Origin: Tubiluchus corallicola
Taxonomy: Eukaryota > Animalia > Priapulida
Direction of reading: 5' to 3'
Assembly (NCBI GenBank): GCA_030141605.1
Contig: JAQGDQ010000020.1
Coordinates: 682,001 to 746,000, forward strand
Length of the DNA stretch: 64,000 nt
Positions 13,649 to 27,719 of this stretch are shown in pieces. The position numbers and the translations under genes were made by a program. The notes below the pieces were generated by a model. It had not been told where the DNA came from and ran no database searches. It worked only from the letters and a program-made list of their open reading frames with translations. The first letter of the stretch is position 1. Every line of letters begins with the position of its first letter.

Positions 13649-16600
13649 AAAGGTACATGGTAAACAATTCATTACTAATTAAGCCAACCTTTGGTTCATC
13701 ATAATGCGGATCATTGTCATAAAGACCGCCATACCATCTGGAATTCGACCCTCTGACTCCCGAGCCAAGTCGAATTCAGTTCAATATACATCTGCAAATT
13801 TTAATACAAAATTCTAAGTTCACTTAATCGATACGCGTTATCGGGTGCACCACATTCATGTAGTCGAGGAAGCAAGTCAGAGATCATGTGACATTTCTAA
13901 TATTGTCCACTGAGTGATAAGGCTTGTCCTTTCCAATATTTTATTCGTTCATTGTATGCGAAGACCTATAACATTTCAACAGTAAATCATTTCCCAGCAG
14001 CGCTTTAAATGCTTACTTAATTTTCAAAACATTAACAAATATTAACGTGCACCTCACGGATAAGCTTAATCACTAATAAAATGAAATTGCCTAGATACGT
14101 TTATATTTCTGAATGTCACATTTAATTTAATACATGTAGCACAATCGTGAAATAATTCAGAATTGCAGAATTATCGTTTCTACGGCAGCTGTTCTTGAAT
14201 TAAAAACGTCATTCACGAAGCCATTATATTTAATGAATAAAATACCTTAAAATATTTGCTATGGCGATAAATTCAAACCATCTTTATGTTTTTTTGGCCT
14301 ACTGGCTCAAATTTCGAGGCTGTTAATTTCTCACTTCCAAAATATAGTCGATTTTCAGCAAATATCTTCATCTCAGTAAGGACATTCCTTATCTTATTCT
14401 TAGCAGCTTCTCACAGTAAAAAAGGCACTACGTGGAGAGTGCACACATCATTGATCTTTGGTGGATGGGTAGCATTAGCTCAACCAAACTTGCAATTTTT
14501 GAAATTACTTGTAACTGTTTTTAGTGGACTATCACCAGTCAATAAATTTACTACTTACTACTTCTACTCTGTTTTCGGCAAATCTGGAGCGAAATCTCCG
14601 TGCAAAAGTGTTAGATATTTGTAATATATAATTATTTATGGTCATCCACAATTATGTTAAAATACGTTGCGCGTACACAACTTTCTTTGGAGCATTTTTG
14701 ACGCCAGTTCCTCTAAAATAGCAGATCATGAATGTTCAAATTTGCTGAAAGATGTGCGCTTTGTGTTCCCTCGTATAATACTTTTAGTGCGAGATTCATT
14801 CTTAAAACAGCTGCATCCAGCATGGCTGCTTCTAAGGGTTATAATACCGTATGTATTTTTTGATAAATATGATTTGATAAATAAATGAATAAATAAATAA
14901 ATAATGCGTTACCATTCTTGTTTAAAAGCCAATTCCTCTAAACATTTTCCTCCCTTAACTCCTTCAGCACATTGCTTCTACAACCATAAATTTGTCATAA
15001 AATTTAGCAAAATGAAAACAAGTTTTAACGAAGTACCGCTTGCTCTAACCCCGGTCTTAACCGTAATTCAGTAGCCACTTATCCCGTAAGGTTTGAAATT
15101 CTAACGTGCACAGCATGCTACTTTAATAGGTGAACTCAACCAAAAGGCTGCGGGTGCCAATCTCACCGATCATCATCCGAAAAATCATCAGCACTGCATT
15201 GAGGTCATACGCTAAAAATATATAGCAGTACATTGAGGTCCTTATCATAAAGATCGCAGGTGTCATGTCCTCCCTCAATGATGTAAATAAACAGAATTAG
15301 TATGACAAATGAATATCTCCCTAACAAGTATGGAATGTCACTACGCATCCATTCACTGACTAACCTCGGCGTTGCTTAACTTGGGTCGCGACGAACCACT
15401 CTGATGTTCACCCAATTGTCAAGCGACTTTGCTAATCCAGTTGCTAAACCAATCGTGATGCACTAAATAATATCAATTATACCTTTAACCTTTTACTTTA
15501 GCATAGATTTGCTGGTAAGTTGTCAAAATTACCCTCGAGGTTGCGCAGGAAACGATTTCTTAGCTGCTCTCTGCATTTTGCATTAATGCTTAATTTCATC
15601 AGGGTTTTAATAATTAGAAGATTGGAAGACGTACAGTAAATAGCTCTGTGGGATTAGGCTCATACTGCTGCGAAATATGTATAGTGTCCAACCCGGGTTA
15701 TAACAATAATGAATTAAAATAAAATGTAAATAGAGCATAATTAATTTTAATAGCAATATGTAGATGAAAGGATAACGAAATGAACGTGAGTTATCGAGTC
15801 AGCAGCTTTCAAGTTTTTGGATAAACAGTTAGCATTGAGTGTTAAAAGCTATTAAATTTTAGCTATTTCAAAGTCCGACTTGGCGCTAAAATTTGTTATA
15901 ATAATTATACTAATCTCGAAAATCTTTGTTACAACGTACTACTCTCGACGAGTGGAGACACTTGGTAAATAGTATGTTTGCGATGCTGAGTTTATCAGAA
16001 ATTCATTCTACGCTAACATTGGCCCCGTCACTGTCAGCTTAGTACACGCTTAAATTGTATACGCATACATGCGTATTGTTTAAATGAATTAAACTCATTT
16101 TATTTTAAAATACTTTTAAAAAAATCTTAAAACAAAAGTACGATATTTTATGACCAACATTTTAAAATAATGTACCAACGTGGTTGTTCCAGTAAAAAAG
16201 TGAGTTCCACGGCCTCAATGCATTATATCAGCATCACCTCATTAAGAGTTTTTGAACTTTGTGGCTTATGAAATTAATAAACCTTAAGACGTTTATGAAG
16301 TTTGTGAGTCCCTATTATGCGGAGAATCCATAAAAAATAACATGGCTAAGATCATTCTTTAAAACATGGTAAAACTGTTCACCACAAAGTTGAAATCTGA
16401 TGTTAAATACAGCAAACACACATAGACGGAAAGTGCAAGTACACGTCACTCGTTCCATAAATAAACATAAAGTTAGGATTATTCAGCAATGGCTTCTATT
16501 AACACACTTAAATCTTTACCAGATGTTAACGCAGTGGAGCAGCACATTCTAGTTGTGTAGCAAATTATTGAAACTCTTAATTTTCGGCAAGAATTTCGCG

Positions 16601-17081
16601 ACCTTTTACCTTCAACGATACAAATTAAAAAAATGTTTGTTAACATGGCAACATGAAATTGCTGTTGCCTTTAAAAGTAATCTGATCCATGTGGAAAAGT
16701 TTGGCTTCGTAAACAATTTTATCATCAAATGTATCAATTCTCAAAAACAGGTTTAGCACACTACGTTGATGTTTAATAGAAGTCTATTATTTATTGGTAC
16801 TTAGCGTTTAACTCTTGAACGTGATAAAAAGTGCGCATTGCAACAAGTTTTTGAGCTTTTTTGCTTTCTCTGTGTCACAGCAGATTGTCGTTTGTTATTA
16901 GATTAGTTTTCACCCTAGTATTTCTTTCACGAATCAGGTTAATAATTCACGTATAAAATATAACGTTTCCTAAATCATCAGCACCTACAAACTTTGCATG
17001 CTATGTGTACATTGTTTGTAACATTTTTAACAATGAAAAATACTAATAATATAATAATAATAATAAAGACATAACACAAAT

Positions 17082-18465
17082 GATTGTATGTCGTTTCGCC
17101 AGTCCACAATTCGTCAGTCTACTTTTTCGCCATTCTACCTTTTCGACATGTAAATTCAGGTAAATTATCGACAGCCGGTATGTAGCGCCAGTAACAGGTA
17201 AGTACCATCAGTGTCAGATAAATTCCATGAGCAATAGGTAAGTATCATCAGTAACAGTTAGTAACAGGAAAGTATCATCGTTAACAAGCAGCTATCATCT
17301 ATGTCATGCACCATGCTGACAGATTTCTTTTCTGCAAGCAAACACTATAACTACTAGACCGACCACAAGAGAACATCCGCACAACTCGACAGGTTAGAGC
17401 GGAATTCTTGGACGAACTCAACAGCCAAAAATGTCGTCTACTTGGCTTCAATTACATGATATAGTAATGCATAAAACGGTGACATTGAACAAACAAGTAA
17501 AATCTGACTTCAAAACAGTTTGGTTTTATATCATAAAACAGTTCAACTAAACTTTTGCATAAGATATGGATTCCCAAATTAGGCATTTCGACACCTTCGT
17601 CACATCTCGTTTATGCAATTTGCCAAATTTCGGCAAACAAAATTATTTTAGGTAAACAAAACAGAGTAAAAACTTTTAGCACTTTTAGCGCATCTCATTC
17701 TACGTTTCATTGCGAATCAAATGATATATGGTACGTCTCTGTGGGACTTACGGTTTTCGTTCAGACAGCGTTTAAAGGAAACCATGTCGATACTTGCTAA
17801 CCTGATAGTATAAGTATGGTACCGACATGTACCAGAAAAACGTGCATAGCGTAGCAGCCCGGTGGTGGTGGCGGCTAGGTAGCAAGTTATTGATCGAACA
17901 ATCACCACTCAGCGCGATCTTGGTAGGTGGCGTTTCTTGTAGGAATTAAGATTTATCAAAGATGGACATATTTGGATGATTTTTGGCTCATAACTCAAGC
18001 AGGTCAGCAGGCGCTAGCTACAAACACACCAAATTTAGTGGAGTAGCTCTGTGTAGTTTTTGAGTTATTCCAAAAAAAGATGCGTATCTCAGAAACTAAA
18101 ATCGCAAAACGAAAATAACAGCAGATACTGAATGTCAAATTTTCGACCGGACATCCTATTTATTGCCATTTTCTGGCTAAATGAAAGGCGACTAGCGATT
18201 TTGACACAGTGCATCAGGTTCTACGTTTTATTGCGAATCGAACGATATATGGCTATGGCACGCCTCTGTAGGACTTATATCTTCCGTTCACAAAGTGTTC
18301 AAATGAAACCATATCGACACCTAATTGGCAATGGTGACTTCTAGGTCAGTGTTAGTCACGATACACTGACGAAAAGATAGATTGGCGAAAAAGTAGACTG
18401 GCAAAAAAGTAAACTGGCGAAAAAGTAGACTGGTGAAAAGATAACAGGCGAAGTGTTGGCTTACC
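17082..18465. mobile_element. Non-autonomous DNA element with inverted arrays of ~17-bp subterminal repeats, probably with a nested insertion
   Basis: cagtctactttttcgcca (17115-17132) is the reverse complement of tggcgaaaaagtagactg (18383-18400), which is tandemly repeated. There is an internal ~105-bp direct repeat (about 17698-17800 vs 18219-18325). Confidence 0.6.
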
Positions 18466-19894
18466 ACGCAAAATTGTTTTCCGCCAAGCAGCGACTTAAA
18501 GGCCTCCCTAAGCTGCTTCCAATTTTTTTTCTAATTTATTTTTCCAGATTGGGCTAAATCTGTTACATTTTATTTTATTTTATTTTATTTCATTATTTTT
18601 ATTTTACTGTAAATGTCAAAAAATGTAAAAACGATTATCTATTATGCTGCTCCAATCTCCACCTATACGTTTGCGATTATCAAAATAATCTTGCAAAGAC
18701 AGTACAGTGCACCGGAAAATTCAAATATATATGAAAACCTTTTTGCTTTTTAAAATATGCTTTAAATCCAACATCAGTTCTTCCAAAATACTTAAAAGCT
18801 ACGTACAGGGTGTGTTCCGGGAGGAAATTAATACGCTCTTTTAAAAAACCGTAACACATGTTAGCTTTCAGCTTACGGACATTTTCTGGCTGAAATCAAA
18901 TGAAAATTTTCAGACATAGGTATTAATTTACTGCATCTACTTCGTCGACTATTTTGGCGTTAAAGCAGCTATACATTGAAACCTTGCAAAATCTAAATGG
19001 ATTGGATACACAATAAATGTTGTACAAGCGGTGAAATTTCAAAATTGTGTCTCCTGCCAGCTACAGTTAAGGTTTTATAAAATTGGATGCACGTCACTCG
19101 AAAGAATTAAACGATCCTGTTTATTGCTTTCTTGTTGACATCAATCTATACAGCGCAGGCACTTTATGGGTATTTCTGTGTGATTATATTGGTCGAAAAA
19201 ATAAAATGCACAAACCGAATACGTAATAAACCTGGATAAATACATTCCCGGAGCTGCTGTTTCTGGACTTGCTGCCACCGCACACACAGCAAATTAAGTT
19301 TTGCTGATAATTTTCGATTAAAACTTTAAGAGTACGCATTTTCTCGGCGCGTCTTCATTAAGCTTCGAAAGCATAATAAAAACTTCTCTGCAGAAAGTGC
19401 AGTAAAACGTTAAGTTATGTGATGATAGCAACCCCGAGCCATCTATGTAAAAAATAATTAAAATAAAGCGCAACCGACAATAATCAGCCACTGTCGTTGT
19501 TGTTGTCATTGTCGTCTTTGGTCTGGGTGTCATCGTGGCTGCGTGCACCATAGATCAATTTATGTATGTTCGCTTTTTAAGTAACAGAGTTTCATAAATT
19601 CAATTCGACATTTTTGTGGTTATATCATCTACTTTTACTGTTTATTCAAGAGTGATAACACTCCATTTCAGTGACTTTTACGACAACTGTTCTTGGCAAA
19701 TGCTATTACTAAAAACTTTGTCGGAATTTATCTGACATTTTAGCAAAAACAGTTGCGCCAAAAATTACATACAAAACATAAAAACACTTAAAAATAGACT
19801 TTCTGTCACTTCTATCGTGTTGCACAAAAAGTGTTATTATATAACACTATATTATACAACATAAATTATATTAATTTTTACATCGTTATTTACA

Positions 19895-20135
19895 TTAATG
19901 GCTTCAAAAAATACTCAACTATCAATGAAATACTAAATGCTAACCGAAATTGGAGATCAAATTTTGACAAAAACAAATACATAGTAAGAACATTTCTGGG
20001 TCTAAGCAAAGCATTTAACAGTTTAAACTACGCTTTATTGCTCAATAATCTCAAACTTCTTGGATTTAACAGTACATCCCTTAACCTTATCAGAAATTAT
20101 TTGCAAAATAACTTTTCAGCGGGTCAAATTACACT
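19895..20135 (+). pseudogene. Degenerate CR1/L2-group reverse transcriptase fragment
   Basis: GF..KYST...FLGLSKAFNSLNYALLLNNLKLLGF...LIRNYL..QRVK matches the DLSKAFD.V.H..LL.KL region with the Asp residues lost. Confidence 0.75.
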
Positions 20136-21289
20136 TCATTCTTATTTTACTTTGGGGCAATAATATATTTACAGTCTCTATAGATGTTGATACATCTATT
20201 AACAACACACGTGCATCTATTAGCAATCATCGTGGTAATCGAGCAATGCACTTACCTTCCCATTTATATCCGAAAATCTTTTGCAAGCGATTAACATCAA
20301 GCTTACTTCCCTCGTTAATAACGTCATATCCTGTGCTGGATGCAACCAACACGTCTCGTAACACCGTAATAAAAACCAAGTAGTGATTCAACCTCATTTT
20401 AATGTTGTGTTTAAATCAATGGGTCACAAAACAAATTACATAAATTCTCAGCAAATATTCGACCCTTTTCATGACAGCTAAATTACAACTGTCATGCAGG
20501 TAAGCACAATAAAGACTAATTAAAATTTTTAGCCACACAAGTTGTTTTTGTGTGAATTCATAATGTTCCCACACACGGCAAGTAATGCGATCTCACATGC
20601 CGCTCAGTGGCTTCATATTGCAGGCGGGTTTACTCATTTGAAGCCCTAGAAATTACTGCGATTAATGAGAGAAACGTCAACGATATTAGGGAGGCTTATC
20701 ACTGACACTAACAATCGCCACACGTTATTGGGCCAAACCTGCTTGCATTAGAGATATCATACTGCTGGCCAGACTTTAATGACAATGTCACCGTTCAAGC
20801 GAAACTTGAAACAAAATCATCAGAAAAATTTATGTTTGTGTCAAACTTCGCATTTGTTACTATTTAGATGAACGTCGCACAAACATAATTAATATTGTAC
20901 AATAAGGAGCGATAAAGTATAGTAACGTCAGTACTTGAATGCAACGCGCACTGCATGTGTTGTCTATAGCCTGGCTTCGCGTAAAATTGCTGCTAACTGC
21001 CAAGGCAGTTTGTCTGTCACTATTATGCAGCTTCTTATAATTTAACAAGACGCACGTGCGTGGCTTTTAACCGCATTCCTTTTCTAGGTCTCACCGCCCA
21101 CAACGACTGCGGACGGTTTGTTTTTAATTAAGTAGGATAGCGATATTATAATAATTGGGTGCTTTTTATTCAAGTTTCTGAATTCTGAGTATCAGTCTTG
21201 GACGTGAAGCCAATTGTGAATTACACAAAGCACAGTCTGCTGAAGCTTAGCTAATTAATATTATCCAGAAATATGTAAGAGGAACAGTA

Positions 21290-21760
21290 GTGATGTGGGT
21301 GGTAGCAACGCCAATAGTAGCTATGGCAGCAACAGCAATAGCAAGAGTAACAATAACAATAACAACGACGACAATAATAACAGCAACAGCAGCAACAACA
21401 ATAACAAGGACACGACAACGATACAATACAATACAACACAATGGAACTATTGCAATACAACGACGAACAAGTCACAATATCAAATAAGTACAATGACAGC
21501 AAAAGCACAAAGGGCAACAGTTAGCCACACAAGAGCAGAAGCACTATTAAGACTGCAATAATAACAAAGACAATTGTAATGCCAGTTACGAAGATGACAA
21601 GATGGCGGTAATGACAACGGAAGTATCAACAGCAAAAACAACGACACTAAAACAGCCATCACCATGAACAAGATCTACAAAGCAACAAAACGACAGCAAT
21701 ACTACCACTGCCTCGCTGCCCGCAACTCTACCACTGCCATACTGCCAGCAAGAACAAGTG
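21290..21760. repeat. Low-complexity degenerate (AAC/AAT/AGC)-rich tract
   Basis: Decayed trinucleotide repeats produce the overlapping biased ORFs at 21247-21671. Confidence 0.75.
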
Positions 21761-21799
21761 ACGAGATAACATCCTCACCAGGAACATGATTTGAGACAA

Positions 21800-22280
21800 C
21801 TTCATATCGGAGGTACGAGTCTGGCAGTCCACAAATGATTACCCGTTTATGATTATCCCAAAATATGTACCTCCAGAAAGGCCTATAACACATGACTTTC
21901 GAACACTCCATATCATAGACGGTGTGTAAAATTTTTCTAATGACTACCCGTCTGTAATGGGAGAGGGGCTTTCAAGGGATAGATCCTAAAACAGGTGCCC
22001 CCAAAAAGGCATATAACCTCCTTGTTAGGAACACGATTTTCGGCCACTGTACATCATAGGTGTATATCATCGGCAGTACACAAATGAGTACCCATTTTTG
22101 GTTTTAAAAATGTGGTTAACAACAGCTTCATCAGAAACATCACTTTCGACCACAGCACATCGTAGGAATGAGTGTTCCACAAATGACTGTCCGTTTGTAA
22201 TGGCAGCGGGTTTTTACGAGGTGCACCCCGAAAGGCCTATAACCTCTTCATTAGTAATATGATTTTCAAACACTGCGTAT
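21800..22280. repeat. Degenerate tandem repeat, about 4 units of roughly 110-140 bp
   Basis: Recurring cacaaatga(t/g/c)tacccgttt and aaaggc(c/a)tataac...gatttt...cactg motifs. Confidence 0.6.
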
Positions 22281-23327
22281 TGTAGGCACAAGTCTGGTAT
22301 TCCATAATAACTATTTGTTTCAGTGATAGCGGGACTTTCATGAAGTACATCTCAATAACAATTGCAGTAATAACAGCAATGGTTAAAAAGGAAAGTGATG
22401 ACAGACCAAGGCGGCATGTTCCATACAAGACAATTAATTAGCTCGGACCACGCGTATTATTCCAAGAATTAGCAGGCTTCTCTTTATCCGTTGAACTTCA
22501 CACATCCACAGCTACAAAGAGAACAGATCAATGCCTTCCAGCTAAATTGGCGTGATTAACATCTCGTAATAATTTCCTATCACGATTTCGAGGGATTTGC
22601 GTGCGAGTATGATCGAGTGATTGTTCGCATGAATGTGCCAATGTATAAATCACCTTAGCCGCACGGCCGGAGTTTGACTCGCCATATAACAATAACAAAA
22701 CAAAAAACTTGTTGAAGTTTATTCAAACGATTCATTTAGTTGGTTTTAGCGTGGGCAATGAAACAGGTTATAAAATTAGACTACACTCCATGACACTAGT
22801 AACAAGCCAGGAACAACCAAGAAATTGTTGCAGGTTTTTCAAAATTATAGTAACATTCAATTGTGGCGGTTACGTAATTTTTATCATATCGCCGGTTTGT
22901 GTAATAATATCATTACCGGAACTAGTAGCATTAAGAAATGAGTGGGGCAATATATAGACCACAAGTATATAAGTAATAATTAAAAAATCGTCAGCACGTT
23001 TTGAATACGGCTGAATATCATACGTAGTTTGAGTTTACACAGCAAAACTTGCTTTATTGATTTATTCATTACCGCCTCTATTACCTTTCTCAAACCGATA
23101 CGTCCTAGTTACGTAGGTCCTTGCGGTACTGATGTGATGTTTATCCACTGAGGAAAAACCAAACAGCTTTTACGTGTATATTAACGTATTTTCATTATGA
23201 AACCGTGGTATGAATTATGGATTGGAGGCATCCGATAAATCGCTTGTAACATAATAGTCGGACGGAAGGCATTTCGGCACTAAATCGCTTGCGAGTAAAG
23301 AAAAACGGTTTTCCGGGTAGTCATTTT

Positions 23328-24065
23328 ATGAATGAATGAATGGATGAATTTTATTTGCACTTTCAACAAAATAATAATGCACAAGTAAATAGTAAAAAGT
23401 TAAAAGCGCTGGAGCAACCAGGGTTAACAAGGCTCAAAAAAATCAGTTTCGTGAAATCACAATTATACAAACATTACGATAGCGACTTAAGGAGCCTCAA
23501 CGGGCTAGTACAATAAAAGTTTTAATGATCTAAAGCTTTATAAAATTACGATCAATGAACCAAAAATAAACACTTTTACAGATATACCATGTAAATTGTT
23601 AGTGACTATTATAAAATAAATATTTACAAATTGTATGTACATTGGGATTCAGGGTGGCTCTACGAAGCGCATCCTCTAAACTAACGAAAAATTCTAAAAT
23701 GATTATTGAAATTACAGTTTTTAAAGTAGTTTGAATTTAGTGTGAATTAACTGCGAAAATCAAATGCTTCAATTAAAAATACATCAACCCTAAGATTTTG
23801 AAAACTATAATCAGGTCAGCTCTAAGCCTTCTAAGTACTAGTGGGTCCATATTGAGCATGCGTTCCTTTTATGGGCAACCCGTTCTGGAAGACTTGCAAA
23901 GCAACCTGCGTATGAATGCTTTTTGCACATTTTGAATTTTATCAGTAACACCAATATATGCGTTCTAGGAACATAGATTCAGTGGAGCAATATTTCAAAA
24001 TTAGTTGCACGTAAGCATAGTAAACATTCGTAAGAGCATCTATGCCTCTTGTTAAAAACACTTAA
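23328..24065 (-). mobile_element. 5'-truncated decayed CR1-type LINE (3' end)
   Basis: Minus-strand peptides YAYVQLILKYCS, KIQNVQKAFIRR and RRLRADLIIVFKILG; ends AATAAA then (ATTC)n at about 23355->23328. Confidence 0.7.
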
Positions 24066-24099
24066 AAATGACATCAGTAATATATGGGCAGTAATATAT

Positions 24100-24706
24100 A
24101 TAAGAGTGCAAGTATATGGGCACTTTTCTAAACACTGAATATGATATTAAAAGCAACAAGCAATGCATGCTTTTCTTCAACGCAAGAATACATTAACTAG
24201 CAAGAAATTGTCTTAACATAAGACTTCGATTATTTAATGCTGACCTTAACAGCATATTTATGCACAACAGTGAATGATGGAATCTAACAATTACTCAAGA
24301 AAAGCAGATTGACATGCTTCACAGAAGTCTTCTAAGGAAAGTTCTAAAGTTAAGAAGGCCATACATAATCAAAAATGAAGATTTATACACAAAAACAAAA
24401 GAAATGCATAGGAGCAAGTCAAGATCCGAAGATTAAGATTACACCTTCTAAGATCACTAAGTGATTTACTAGCAAGAATCGCCTTAAAGGAAGCCTTAAA
24501 ACCTTGCACAAAACTACCTGGCAAACCAAGAACAACTTCGATAACTAAGATAAATAGAGATGTTCAACAACTTCAACCAAATCTATTTTTAGGAGTAGAA
24601 GAACTTACGCTGTTAGCTGCAGACAGGAGCGGGTAGAATACTCTAATAAATGTTAATGCCTCAATATCTACAATAGACGGAATGGACCTTGAAGAAAAAG
24701 AAGAAA
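24100..24706 (+). mobile_element. 5'-truncated decayed RTE-type LINE (3' end)
   Basis: Peptides CKYMG, LRLFNA, HNSE*WNLT..QEKQID..HRSLLRKVL, IIKNEDLY, GKPRTT, LAADRSG; (GAA)n-like tail at 24691-24705. Confidence 0.72.
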
Positions 24707-25644
24707 TCATAACGTGCAAAATGATATTTAATTTTAATTTTAAAACACTGCACTATCATTTTAAGTTCGGTACATTGCAAGCAGATAAGCAGCATCAAAA
24801 ACTAAGCCTAGGCCTGCTGATTGCGCTAATGGTTATGTGGCAGGACCGGAACCTAGCTTATCTATCAAGAGTAGTCCTCTTAGATGAATTACTAACCGAC
24901 AGAATCACGGTCTTAGCCACAATGAACAGTTCTTCAGACAATCAGAAGCAGTACATTATATGCAACTGCTCAAAAGCAGACTTTCCTGAAGATCACCCAT
25001 CCAGTTTTCTCCAGTTGTCTGTCACTAAGCACTCACAGTTATCGCTGCGCTGTTTGTTCCGCCACAACGCATGATAATGTGCAGAGTTCTTGGGAATATA
25101 TATTACGTCCTTAAGGACACTGTAAAGCATTTGTAGCATAAATTGAATTAGTTCACAGCGATGAACATATCATGAGCAATATCTCAAACAATAATTGAAA
25201 TCTTATCGTCTTATCAGCTTATCTCTAAAACTTCAATGTTTGTTTGTAGTAGGTGAAATAACTAAACTGACAAAAAACAAAAAGAGTGACCTAAACATGC
25301 GTTTTCAAAGTACTCATGGGTGAAATATTTGACCATCCTTTTTTAAACTACGTCTTATAAGTGTTACGAGCTCATCATTATAGAAGTCGGCAAATTTTAA
25401 AGCATGTGATGTAAATCAAAATTTATTGAAAAATGGGCATTTCTTGAAAGTACTTATCAAGTTAGAATTAATTTCCGTTCTTCCACAGCTTTTGTAGCTG
25501 AGACAAAATACTTTTCTCCCATTGAATACAAAAAGTCATTAATCTCTGCATGTCGGATACTGGCAATTAAGATGGCAGTGAAATCATTATTATATGCGTC
25601 TGTAGATTTACTGCTGTTTTCAGCAGACGTCTATATCTATATTT

Positions 25645-25931
<287 letters not shown>

Positions 25932-26256
25932 ACGCTCTCGCGTGAAGCGTGACTTCACATAGACTCATGAGTATTTCGTTACGAGCGAACTATAATTTTT
26001 TTAATAGTTTATCGAAAAGTTTTGTGGCAAAACTTATAGTGTGACAATCGTAAAGTGGTGAACAATCCATTGGTGATATTTTCAACTGCAAAGAACCTGA
26101 AGACAGGCAGAAATCTTGAGGTAAAGAAATAACTATTTGTTTAGAAAATATTATTGCAACTATAGCCACTTGTACCTGCACTGGTTGGACTAGGTAATTA
26201 AGCCAGTCAACAACTTTGAATAGGCCAACAATCAGGCCTATTTGAGGCTCAGAAGC

Positions 26257-27718
26257 ATGGCGGATTCAGACCAGTTAGCATCTCAAACACAACACAAAGC
26301 CAAAGAACGCCGGAGCTGCGAAATATGTAGGTCTACCCAGAGACCAGTGCAACCTAAAAAGATTAGTGCTATTGTATGTGCTAAATGTGCTGCTACCCAT
26401 AGTTGTGATGAAAACCTTAGTCAGCAATGCATAAATCCGAAGAAAACAGCCTGCGATATTTGCAGAAAAACTGCATCGCCTATTTGGCCTACAAAACTTA
26501 CTGCTGTCATCTGTAACCGCTGCTACACAAAACAGTCCGAAGCCTCTCAACGCTATAATAGCCAGCAAACAAATGAGCGTGGCGCCGCCCTCGATGGCAG
26601 GTTTTCTGCTGTAAACGACGCTGACGGTGATTCTGACGTAGATAGTTATGATGGTGTTGATAACGATAATAATGACAGCATACAGGATGACAATGACGGC
26701 AGTACTAGCGAGGCAGATGACACTGAATATAGCTCAGTCACAGAAATGAAAGCATTAGCTGTAAATTTAATCAAGAAGTCAAAAGATGTTGAAAAACTAA
26801 GGATAGTCATAAATGTTATGAGAGGACATGACAATTCGCAACAAACATTAGAAAAACTGGAAACAGTTAACAACTTGGTTGTAAACCTAGACAAAAAGAT
26901 GTCACAAATAATATCAGGCCAAACTGGCAAACCTTTATATAGCAATGCAGTCAGAAAGAACCTGCCAACGTCATTCTCTGAAACAGCCAAGACAAGTAAC
27001 ACTACAAGTATCTCCTCGTCCATATGACCCTGATAAAACTGTCATTGTAGAAAATGTGAGCGAAAAACATCTCGTCAGTTCCAGCATTAACATTAAGAAG
27101 AATTTGTGTGCACATTTTCCGAGAACGAAATTTGATATTGCCTTCAGAACATCCAGAGGGAAAATTCAATTACAAGTCCCAGACAAAACAACAGCAAACG
27201 ATATGATAAAGAACTGGAAGCCAGAATTTTTGGGAGGTGGTACTCGCGTAAGAAAGCCAGTATCTCCGCGTATAGGGATCTTGCGTGACTGTGATACGGG
27301 CTTGAGCGACGCAGAAATACGCTCTGATATAGAAAGATACTATGACAACATCCAGATTGAACGCTTCAAAAGAAAAGACGGGAAAAACTTGCCATTAGTG
27401 AAAGTTACGTTCCAGACAGGAGACGATCTCACAAAAGCAGTCCAGGAAAGCATACCAATCGGTCAAATGATGTGCTCGGTAGAAGAGTTTGCTCCTAAGA
27501 GAAGACCACTCAGATGTTTTAAGTGTCAGGGGTACAAACACATTGCGAAATGGTGTACTAGAGGCCCCAAATGTGGAAAATGCTCAGGAAAGCATGAATC
27601 AAACGAGTGTACTTCAGAACAGTTAACGTGTGCAAACTGTGGCGAATCGCACGCGGCATGGGACAGAAGTTGTGCACTTTACGTAAATGAAGCCAAACGA
27701 CTAAGTGATTATGCATAA
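26257..27718 (+). CDS. LINE ORF1, gag-like nucleic-acid-binding protein, about 486 aa after correcting one +1 frameshift between about 26960 and 27027
   Basis: First part (ATG 26257): two CxxC..CxxC repeats, an acidic tract, a predicted coiled coil and the YSNAVRK motif. Second part (ORF 26945-27718): RRM-like region and three knuckles CFKCQGYKHIAKWC, CGKCSGKHESNEC, CANCGESHAAWDRSC. Confidence 0.85.
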
Positions 27719-27719
27719 A

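Noticed and set aside
21247-21671. Cys/Tyr-rich, Thr-rich and Asn-rich overlapping ORFs (metallothionein- or mucin-like)
   Set aside because: All arise from one degenerate trinucleotide tract; there is no supporting splice structure.
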